A DNA stretch of 62,976 nt, counting the filler, from Octopus bimaculoides (Eukaryota), in the NCBI RefSeq assembly GCF_001194135.2. It is 4 parts of 4 records of this genome, joined end to end, with 100 filler letters (N's around TTAATTAATTAA, not from the genome) between each part and the next. Parts side by side here need not be neighbours in the genome. Positions count along the whole stretch, not along the records: positions 36,990 to 56,502 come from NC_068990.1; positions 56,603 to 62,976 come from NC_069008.1; 2 more parts are not named here. One strand, written 5' to 3'. Shown piece by piece: positions 53,354 to 62,976 of this stretch (the stretch's first letter is position 1; each line of letters starts with the position of its first letter). Under the pieces are notes generated by a model that worked only from the letters and a program-made list of their open reading frames with translations, did not search any database and had not been told where the DNA came from. The translations under genes and the position numbers were made by a program.

Positions 53354-54464
53354 CCTCACACACACAGACACAGTCATAATGTGTATACATATTTATATAC
53401 ACATACATATATATGTATATATATATATAGTTATAGTATCAATAATGTATGTATAAATATATATATATACGCATACATACATATACATAGTACATACAAA
53501 AAGGTTGCATGGTTCAGTGGTCGGGTTCACAATCATGAGGTAGTGAGTCGGATTCCCAGACCGCACTGCGAAATTTTTTTCCCACAAGAGTTCCAGGCCT
53601 CAGTAATGAACTTATTTGCATACAGCCAATCAGAGCTCACCTTGACCTTGCTGTCACCATTCAGCTCTCAGATTATGCCTGGACGCAAAGCCCAACGTAA
53701 CATTCGTATATGTGTTAAAAACAACCAATCTCTTTGTGAAGTACACTCTACCAAGTAAACTCAAGACGAAGAAAGGTTTTGTAAGTCGACCGATCGCCAA
53801 GTTATACTTGATTTTAGAAGGAGACAAGTAATTAGAGAGATTTACATCTATACCTATTATTAGATCTTGTTTGGGTCCCATATAGTAAAGATGTGAATGG
53901 GTAAAATGTGGGTAGAGGGTGATGTGCTAGCAACCCTCACTCTTTACTGTTTTACAAAGTAAACAAAAACACAAAAAACTACGCAGAGACAGCCATGGTT
54001 GAAGCAAGAACAAGATCAAAAAGCATTAAGAGAAAAGAAGCATGGTCATTTCTTATCCAGGTGACCCTATCTTACCGCCCGTCACTTGTTATGCGCCCAT
54101 GAATTAGTTTGATAGTTGAGCTTTGATTGGTTGTATACAAATGCGATCATAACTGGGGTCCTGAACTCTCGTAGGAAAAAAATTCGAAACTGGGCTGTGT
54201 GTTGTTCCCGAGCAAGACACTTTGTTTCACATTACTCCGGTTCACTCAGCTGTAGAAATGAGTTGAGACATCACTGGTGCCAAGCTGTATCGGCCCCTTT
54301 GCCTATCTCTTGGACAACATTGGTGGTGTGGAAAGGGGAGGCTGGTATGCATGGTCAACGACTGGTCTTCCATAATCAACTTTACTCGGACTTGTGCCTC
54401 GGAGGACAACTTTTATATACACAAACATTTATATGTTTGCATTTGCATATACGTATATGCAGGC

Positions 54465-54770
54465 GTTTGGCTTAGTGGTTAGGACATTTGGCTCACGGTC
54501 GTGAGTTCGATTCTCGGCGGTGCGTTGTGTCCTCGAGCAAGATAATTTACTTACCGTTGCTCCAGTCCGCTCAACTAGCGAAAATGAGTAGTGCTTATAA
54601 TTCAAAAGGCCAGCCTTCTAACATGTTGTGTCACGCTGAATCTCCCTGAGAATTACGTTAAGGGTATGTGTGTATTTGGCGTGCTTAGCCACTTGCACGT
54701 TAATTTCACGCGTAAGACTGTTCCGTTCATTGGTTCATCCGCAACACTCGTCGTTGTATCCCACAGAGTG
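54465..54770 (+). mobile_element. tRNA-derived SINE family D (shares the central block with family C but has a different 3' tail)
   Basis: ggcttagtggttagg A box, gtgagttcgattc B box, gagcaagat..gctccagtcc, tail gtcacgctgaatctccctgagaattacgttaaggg. A diverged relative is at ~37330-37470. Confidence 0.75.
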
Positions 54771-54980
54771 CAAGTTTATATATGTATATTTGCACTTTTA
54801 TCTTTATTGATTACTTTCGCTTTTTTATATCCATTTATCAGTTAAATTGTTAGTTCCTTCTCTGACTTTTTTTCTATTTCTCAGTGATTCTCTCCTCTCT
54901 TTCTGCGTAAATAATATACCTACATAATTTTGTTTTTATATGTATGTGTACATGCGTAGATAGATAGTTAGTTAGTTAGT

Positions 54981-55034
<54 letters not shown>

Positions 55035-56074
55035 CATACATACATACATACACACATACATACATACATAGAGTTACAAACACAAACACACACATATACA
55101 TAGAAAGAATGAGAAAGAGATTGAGTAAGAGAGTGAGTAAGAGAAGGGGGGTTAGCGTGTAAAATAAATTTAAATATGCCAAAAATATTCATCAACATAC
55201 TAACAACTTTGCCATAAATCTTGATTTTCCAACATCGTTGAATCGTTTGTTATTTAATCTTATGAGTGAAAAGCTATCCGTGCAGCTTTTGCTAATTAAC
55301 AAGGATTGAACAAATATCGCTCCTATGATTGGCTAATATAAACTGGCAACGAATTAAGCACGTATACACACACTTCGATATGTTATGATGACAATACTTA
55401 CATTTTGTTTATTTTTGTGTGGATGTGAGTGTATGAATGCGTGTGTATGCTCACCAATAGACAAACATTCACAGACATATATTACTTGATAGAAGTTAAC
55501 AAAGTCTACAAAGTTTCGCTTTCGTTGGCTTTCAAAACTAATAAATAATTGGTTATTTGCTGTTATAAATAGCTCTTGTGATTGAATTTCTTGCAACTAT
55601 CATACATAAATACAATTTCTTTTCAAGTGAAAAGATTGTTGATGAAGATTTGGTCAAGAACAATCTTGTCCACTACATAAACTTTTCCTCTATTACCACC
55701 AGATAAAAATTGCCTGACTTTCGCTGTTAACTAAAATCGGTGGGACGGTCTTCACAATATGTTCAGTTTATAGCTTGATCCGTCCCACACCTGATAGCGT
55801 TTGTTTGACATGATTCAATAAATTATTAATGCTTAAGTACAGTAGTAGTGCGTGTCGAACGGTTTCACCAATCTGCGCACATCTCGAACAGACCTGGCTA
55901 ATGGGTGTAGATATTCTCTTAAACCAGGAATGCCCTCTGCTCTAGTAGCATTACCAGGCCAAGAATTTCTGGAATTAACCACGGGACCAGAACCGAAAAT
56001 CCTACAGACTTTAGTCGACGTTCAGAATTCGATGAACTTCGTCGCTTTTGCACACCAACTCTATACTCCATAGA

Positions 56075-56229
56075 ACTCCAAATAATAATACAGAAAATAG
56101 CACTACCAAGCACCGCACACATCCTACGTAAAACAATTTCAATACAGTGAGAATAAGGGGACTACAACAAACCAAGGCACACACAGCGGTGCTTGGTCGT
56201 GCAGCGAAAGCACGTGAAAAATAAAACTA

Positions 56230-56305
<76 letters not shown>

Positions 56306-56502
56306 GTAATAATAGAGATAACTCGAATGTGGAATCTAAAAACAGAAACAATTCCTATCATAATCGGTGCCTTAGGTATAATAAAAAAATATTCAGACAA
56401 ATACATAACAAAAACACCAGGACTTACAAATATATATAACATACAGAAAATTGCACTACTGGGTACTGCACACATTCTACGCAAAACACTTTCAATACAG
56501 TA
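56075..56502 (+). mobile_element. Two stacked Dong-like 3' ends separated by an (AAT)n run
   Basis: First copy: IQKIALPSTAHILRKTISIQ, UTR, TAA tail. Second copy: ORF 56327-56554, ending at the gap. Confidence 0.85.
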
Positions 56503-56665
56503 NNNNNNNNNNNNNNNNNNNNNNNNNNNNNNNNNNNNNNNNNNNNTTAATTAATTAANNNNNNNNNNNNNNNNNNNNNNNNNNNNNNNNNNNNNNNNNN
56601 NNAATATATATGTGCACACAAATAAATATACATACACACACATATATATACATGTGTGCACACAA

Positions 56666-56732
<67 letters not shown>

Positions 56733-57139
56733 CACCATCACAGCTACCCGACCGACTACCACCCTATTTTCAATAAGTCTACCAGTCTGTCTGTTAGTCC
56801 TTCTGACAGTCTAGTCAGCACCTTTTATTATTATTAGTTTCAAGTTTCTTGCATAGTTTTTAATTTATTCATTTATACTAATTCATATATATATATATGT
56901 ATAGTTTTATAGATATTTTTAATCTAATATAGATAAAAAAAAAACTTAATTGTTTTTTTTTAATTAATTATTTACTCTAGTGTGGTTGAGTAGTTTATCT
57001 TGTTGAATTTTTAAAATTAACTTTCCTTTTTTTAATTTAATTTTTTTTTCAATTTTCTTTACGGTCTTGCTCTTTCTTCTCTTTTGTTTCTCACTCCATG
57101 TATTCATATTATATATACTCTTTATCATGTGCTTGTTCA

Positions 57140-57497
57140 CAAATACATACTTATACACACACACACATTTACCTATGTATATATACACACACACTTGCCT
57201 ATGTTTACCTATGTGTATATACACGCACACATGCCTATGTTTACCTATGTATATATTTACACACACACACATGCCTATGTTTACCTACGTATATATATAC
57301 ACACACACATGCCTATGTTTACCTACGTATATATATACACACACACATGCCTATGTTTACCTATGTATATATTTACACACACACANNNNNNNNNNGCACA
57401 CATGCCTATGTTTACCTATGTATATATTTACACACACACACATGCCTATGTTTACCTACGTATATATATACACTCACACATGCCTATGTTTATCTAC

Positions 57498-57530
<33 letters not shown>

Positions 57531-57585
57531 TGCCTATGTTTACCTATGTGTATATACACACACATGCCTATGTATATACATATAT
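57140..57585. repeat. Minisatellite, ~35-40-bp unit acacacacatgcctatgtttacctatgtatatat, about 10 copies
   Basis: Direct reading; unit length varies with the internal CA/TA runs. A 10-N gap lies inside it. Confidence 0.9.
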
Positions 57586-57641
57586 ATATATATATTACAA
57601 ATTAAAAGGGTAAAGGATTATCAATTTATTAATTAATAAAT

Positions 57642-57987
57642 CAATTAACAATTTTTACCAAGCCCATCGGTATGAAAGCACCATTATTGGTGGAGAACTT
57701 ATTTAAAAGCTCATATATATTTATAAATATAATTAAGGGATCAGCAAATATTTGCTTCACCATATACCGAAGTTCAGAAATAGCAGCTAAAAAAGCTGAG
57801 AATCCCACAGATAGCTATCTGTGGGATTCTCAGCTTTTTTAGCTGCTATTTCTGAACTTCGGTATATGGTGAAGCAAATATTTGCTGATCCCTTAATTAT
57901 ATTTATAAATATATATGAGCTTTTAAATAAGTTCTCCACCAATAATGGTGCTTTCATACCGATGGGCTTGGTAAAAATTGTTAATTG
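57642..57987. repeat. Palindrome, 173-bp arms, no spacer, ending at a gap
   Basis: Centre AGATAG|CTATCT (57814/57815). I saw no mismatch between the arms. Confidence 0.95.
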
Positions 57988-58709
57988 NNNNNNNNNNNNN
58001 NNNNNNNNNNNNNNNNNNNNNNNNNNNNNNNNNNNNNNNNNNNNNNNNNNNNNNNNNNNNNNNNNNNNNNNNNNNNNNNNNNNNNNNNNNNNNNNNNNNN
58101 NNNNNNNNNNNNNNNNNNNNNNNNNNNNNNNNNNNNNNNNNNNNNNNNNNNNNNNNNNNNNNNNNNNNNNNNNNNNNNNNNNNNNNNNNNNNNNNNNNNN
58201 NNNNNNNNNNNNNNNNNNNNNNNNNNNNNNNNNNNNNNNNNNNNNNNNNNNNNNNNNNNNNNNNNNNNNNNNNNNNNNNNNNNNNNNNNNNNNNNNNNNN
58301 NNNNNNNNNNNNNNNNNNNNNNNNNNNNNNNNNNNNNNNNNNNNNNNNNNNNNNNNNNNNNNNNNNNNNNNNNNNNNNNNNNNNNNNNNNNNNNNNNNNN
58401 NNNNNNNNNNNNNNNNNNNNNNNNNNNNNNNNNNNNNNNNNNNNNNNNNNNNNNNNNNNNNNNNNNNNNNNNNNNNNNNNNNNNNNNNNNNNNNNNNNNN
58501 NNNNNNNNNNNNNNNNNNNNNNNNNNNNNNNNNNNNNNNNNNNNNNNNNNNNNNNNNNNNNNNNNNNNNNNNNNNNNNNNNNNNNNNNNNNNNNNNNNNN
58601 NNNNNNNNNNNNNNNNNNNNNNNNNNNNNNNNNNNNNNNNNNNNNNNNNNNNNNNNNNNNNNTGGGTTCTCATCAGAGGTGTCTATATCATTCTGACAGT
58701 CTCCAGAGA

Positions 58710-58747
<38 letters not shown>

Positions 58748-58749
<2 letters not shown>

Positions 58750-59150
58750 CACAGGTGTGGCTGTATGATAAAAAGTTTGCCTGCTTCCGAACCTTATGAC
58801 TTTGTTCAGACCCATTGTGTGGCACCCTGGACAAGTGTCTTTATCTGTAGCCTTGGATTGACCAAATTCTAGTGAATGGGTTTGGTAGACAGAAACTGAA
58901 AAAAAAAGGACAAAAGAAATACACACACTCACACACACACACACACATATATATGTATCTGTTTGTCACTCACCACTGTTTGACGGTTGGTGTTTGTTTG
59001 TTTACATCTCTGTAACTTAGTAGGTTGGCAAAAAAGATCCAAACAGAATAAGTGTTAGGCTTACAAAAACAGTATTAGGGTCAATTTGTTTGACTACACC
59101 CTTCAAGACGGTACCCTAGCATGGCCACAGTCCAATGACAGAAACATGTA
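58748..59150 (+). mobile_element. Family B SINE, CpG-decayed
   Basis: ggcacaggtgtggctgtatga..ttgtgtggcaccctggacaagtgtctt..gacagaaactgaa, then the 3' half to tagcatggccacagtcc. Confidence 0.8.
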
Positions 59151-59499
59151 AAATATATAGGGAACAACTATGGTTTTAGACATGTTTTGAAAGCACAACT
59201 CTGCTCTAATTTCAACTTTTTTTATTAAGTTCTGTTTTCTTATTTTCTTACGGGGTTTGTTTTAAGCAGTTCCTAAATCCTTCATCAATGTTTCTAGACT
59301 TTCATAGCCTCATCATCAGGATGTGCAATGGTATTTGAGAGCGTAATATTCTAGTGACCAGGATTGTTAGCATGTTAGACAAGAGGTGTTGTGATACTCA
59401 TTCTAGAACTTTGTGCTGAGAACAAATTCTGTCTAGGTGGTTTTTTTCAGGATTGTGGCTACTCATCTGTCCACACGAGTATCTTGTTTAACATGTAAT

Positions 59500-60110
59500 T
59501 TGCTAAAATGGCCCCTGTAAAGATCTCTCTCATTGACTCATACATACATATATACATACAGAAGACAGTAGTGTGTGATTTAACCCTTTTGTGACTAATG
59601 TTTGGTGGAAGATTTTAATTCAGAACTTCTCAATAACAAGACATTTGTACTACAGAGCCAGAAGCGGTTTCAGGCAGATTGGGATCAAAAAGGTTAAGGG
59701 AGATTTTGTTGCTATTTCTGTAAGATCTTGCTTCTCTGTAGAGGTCTCCTTCATTGGCTCATACATACATACGCTATACACATAGTGTATACATATATAC
59801 TGTATATATATATATATATATATACATAAAACAGATGTGATTTGAAGGAAATTTGGTTGCTATTTCTACAAGGTCTTTGCTATCCTGCAGAGGTCTCATT
59901 GGCTCATACATGCATAAGACAGTCGGATGTGATTTGATGGAGATTTAGTTGCTATTTCTACCAGATCTAGCTACCATATAGAGGTTTCCCTCATTAGCTC
60001 GTAAATGACATCTACATATGTAAGGCTGCAAGGTGTAATTAGAGGGAGATTTGGCTGTTATTTTCGACATGTCAGGTAACCACATAGAGGTTTCCTTGTT
60101 TACCTCTGTC
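59500..60110 (+). repeat. Cluster of 4-5 diverged ~90-130-bp units gatgtgatttga.ggagattt.gttgctatttcta..agaggt..cattggctc; an inverted copy is at ~60915-60960
   Basis: Units at ~59696, 59835, 59926 and 60025, with a partial unit at ~59505. Confidence 0.8.
59580..59697. mobile_element. Short TTAA-flanked MITE of the 35213-35430 family
   Basis: TTAACCCTTTTG ... CAAAAAGGTTAA ends; aagacatttgtactacagagccagaagcggtttcag core. Confidence 0.65.
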
Positions 60111-60116
60111 AGAACA

Positions 60117-60147
<31 letters not shown>

Positions 60148-60272
60148 AAATTAAAACAGTAGGGTAATAAATTGGATATGAATTAATATCAATTTAATAC
60201 CAGGGAACAAGCACATTAAAAGAATCAGGGATATTCAGAAAAAATATCTGAAATCTCAAGGATTATTGCATA

Positions 60273-60494
60273 TGTTTATATAAAAATATACACGAGTATA
60301 TATAAAGGAGGCCACTAAGTGGACTGCTAATGTGCTAGAAGAAGATCACATGTCATGTGTTTACTAATTTGCTAAATTCCCTTTGAGAATTATTCGGTCT
60401 TAGTAGACCCATGACATGTGATCTTCTTCTAGCATATTAGCAGTCCACTTAGTGGCCTCCTTTATATATACTCGTGTATATTTTTATATAAACA
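60273..60494. repeat. Inverted repeat, 85-bp arms, 52-nt spacer, 1 mismatch
   Basis: tgtttatataaaaatatacacgag...agatcacatgtcatg / catgacatgtgatct...ctcgtgtatatttttatataaaca. Confidence 0.95.
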
Positions 60495-60962
60495 CACACA
60501 CACACACAAACATATATATATATATATATTATAGACATTTCTCAAGGCCTCTTTTCTATTGGATTGTGCAATGTCCAAACTCCACATATCCTGGTGTTAT
60601 CTCTTGGTAACATTGGCTACGATGGTGGTGGTGGTGGTGGGGAAAAGTGCTCGGGGCGATGTTAATTATGGAGATAAACATTGTGAAGTGATACAGGTAA
60701 TCATGACAGCGTTGATGATGATGATGATGATAGTTATAGTTGTAGGCAGCAATAATCTTGGTGGTGGTTGTATGGTGGCTATTGTTGTTTTGTGGCAAGT
60801 TGGCAGAACCGTTAGCACGCCAGACAAAATGCTCAGCAGCATTTTATCCATCTTTATATCCCAAGTTCAAATCTTGCTGAGGTCAACTTTGCCCTTCATC
60901 TTTTTGGAGAAGCAAGACCTTGTAGAAATAGCAACCAAATTTCCCTCAAATCACATCTGTCT

Positions 60963-61005
<43 letters not shown>

Positions 61006-61399
61006 AGTATAAGCATTTAATATAGAGCGTTCTTGTTCATGAAAACATCTTAACAGGTACAGGAGTGACTGTGTGGTAAGAAGTTTGCTTCTCAACCACA
61101 TGGTTCCAGGTTCAGTCCCACATGTGTACACATGTTCCATGTCTGTGTGAAATAACATCAGAGATGCCTTGTCCCATGTAAAAACGCTAGGAATTGCTCT
61201 TATTCTGGCAGTGACTAAAGCAATCATAATGTTGGTAAACTTTCTATATCTTCAGCAAGTATCTCAGAGTCGGAAGCCTGAATGCCTCACCTGAATGGAG
61301 CAATGAGGACTGAATTAGCTTTCACCTGTAGAAGAATTCCGTCTGCCATCTCTAGCCAACCCAAACCACCTTGAACTAGTTTCAGTTGCCATGGCTTTC

Positions 61400-61562
61400 T
61401 CCTTGGTGGCTTTCTTCAGTTTCTGTCTACCAAATCCACTCACAAGGCTTTGGTTGGCCTGGGGTTATAATAGAAGACACTTGCCTAAAGTGCCATGCAG
61501 TGGGACTGAACCTGAAATCACATGGTTGGGAAGTGAATTTCTTAACCACACAACCATGCCCA
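61400..61562 (-). mobile_element. Family B SINE 5' half, CpG-decayed; an opposite-strand head lies at 61068-61122
   Basis: tttctgtctaccaaatccactcacaaggctttggttggcctgg..gtgccatgcagtgggactgaacctg. Confidence 0.8.
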
Positions 61563-61980
61563 TCCCTTTCATTTAATTTCTGAACAATTAAATGTATTTA
61601 TAATTTAATAATCAGTGATATTTCCAGAGTCTTTACTGCTATTTTCTCGATCATCCCCTTGTTCATTCTTAATGGTAACCCTTTGGGGTCTTTGCGGAAA
61701 TGATAGTCTATCATCCCCTTTTGTTTCAATTACACTAACATGATTTTTGTCCTTTGGTCACAGCTGTTATAACCTATTTGCTGGCCCTTAGAAAGTATGA
61801 AAAATGTCTAATATGTCCTTCCAACTTTGCTTTTGTTATAATATCTATTCAAACCCCAAAGAAGCCCTCTCAACACATGACTATCATGCTCCCCCACTAC
61901 GCCTGCTCATCATCAGAGATGTTCATATCGTCAGCCACCAAGGGACATGCTCAAATGGTTAAGGTCAAACAACTGACAAG

Positions 61981-62488
61981 CAAATCTGTGGTATTAAGCA
62001 GAATATTTACTCTAAAGATATTTCTGCTTGAGCAAATCAGTGCTGAATCAATCTGAAATGTAATGGAATAATAATAGGTTAGTTTCAAAACATTGATGTC
62101 CAGATCACAACAGCAAAGTTTGAAGGGAATGGTAGTGATTTCCTTTGATTTCTAGATCGAAGCAAATAGGAAATAACACTTATTGACCAAAGTCCAGAAA
62201 GAAATCTGTGGTATTGAGCAGAATATTTGCTGAAAAGATATTTTGTCTTCAGCAACTCAGTATTGAATCTGTCTGAAATGCAGTGTAAAATGGGTCAGTT
62301 TTAAAACGTTCATTTCCAGGTCATAAAAGCAAAGTGTGAAGGGAATAGTAGTCATTTCCTTTGATTTCTAGAAATCAAAGGAAATGACTACTATTCCTGA
62401 GTTGCTGAAGACAAAATATCTTTAGAGTAAATATTCTGCTCAAACCCACAGATTTCCTTGTTGTCTTTGGTCAATAAGTGTTATTTCC
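61981..62488. repeat. ~220-bp tandem duplication ending in a 56-bp palindrome (62342-62397) and an inverted partial third unit
   Basis: Units start aaatctgtggtatt at 61982 and 62202. 62398-62488 is reverse-complementary to about 62169-62259. Confidence 0.9.
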
Positions 62489-62737
62489 ATATTCAGCATT
62501 AAAAATATTATTTTTAAAAAAAGGCAATAAAAGAATTTGTCTGAAAATGAAACGTTTTCTCCAAAAAAAAATTCCCCAAGGAAGGCATTAACTGGCCATT
62601 CATACCTTTAATTCCAGAATCAACATTTACAAATCCTAATGTTACCTTTTATTTTCTTTCTTTTGTTTTCTTTGCAGGACTATGCACCACACATTATATG
62701 CACCCTTCTTTTTAGTTCTACTTTGCTCTCTTTTCAG

Positions 62738-62799
62738 GTGGGTTTGCATTTGTCTATGTGGCCCAAGACATCAGCACTGGCAAGGAGTACGCCTTGAAA
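62738..62799 (+). CDS. GAK: Internal coding exon of cyclin-G-associated kinase / auxilin (NAK-family Ser/Thr kinase), subdomains I-II
   Basis: Long polypyrimidine tract ending ttttcAG, then GT GGG TTT GCA TTT GTC TAT GTG GCC CAA GAC ATC AGC ACT GGC AAG GAG TAC GCC TTG AAA, then GTAAGT. It translates as (G)GFAFVYVAQDISTGKEYALK and matches GAK/auxilin as I recall it (human GGFAFVYEAQDVGSGREYALK). 62 nt, phase 1 to phase 0. Not in the ORF track. Confidence 0.92.
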
Positions 62800-62976
62800 G
62801 TAAGTTTGCTTTTTTTTCTTTTTTTTTTTCACTGCAACTCTTCTCATTTTTTCTTTTGCAGTCTCTATACCTACTCTCCCTCTCTTCCTCTCTCTCTCTT
62901 CCTTCCTCTCTCTCTCCCTCCCTCTCTTCCTTCCTTTCTTTCTCTCTCTCCCTCTCTTTCTTCCTTTCTTTCTCTC

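Noticed and set aside
53641-53678. Minus-strand exon with ATG (MVTARS) and a strong AAG|GTGAGC donor as the start of the orphan gene
   Set aside because: Only six codons and no link to downstream exons; cannot be supported without transcripts.
57140-57585. CRISPR-like or Cys/His-repeat protein reading of the tandem array
   Set aside because: Eukaryotic minisatellite built from CA/TA runs, with no unique spacers and no cas genes.

Overview
AT-rich, microsatellite-dense animal genomic scaffold, very probably a coleoid cephalopod (Octopus-like; inferred from the SINE families and the repeat density). It has 17 N-gaps, and three of them are artificial 44N-TTAATTAATTAA-44N linkers. Almost all ORF-track entries are microsatellite or N-gap artefacts. 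One coding exon is identified with confidence: a 62-nt exon at 62738-62799 (+) encoding GGFAFVYVAQDISTGKEYALK, the kinase P-loop to catalytic-Lys exon of cyclin-G-associated kinase/auxilin (GAK). Its first exon was not found. Two candidate minus-strand exons of an unidentified gene lie at 23.2-24.1 kb, and there are several weaker plus-strand exon candidates. The rest is mobile-element debris: about 20 tRNA-head SINEs with a Meta-domain-like core, three other SINE families, more than 12 fragments of R4/Dong-like restriction-endonuclease LINEs sitting in (TAA)n, a HERO-like LINE fragment, a decayed Penelope element, a mariner fragment and several MITEs. I found no intact novel protein-coding system. 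The best leads are structural: (1) a family of (TA)n-anchored fold-back elements, two of them in the presumed GAK first intron; (2) a ~0.5-kb host gene fragment copied into a nearby Penelope element; (3) opposite strand polarity of SINEs and Dong-like LINEs inside the same TAA arrays; (4) a Penelope-type minimal hammerhead next to a ~100-nt hairpin; (5) a CpG-decay step that appears to mark the GAK gene body.
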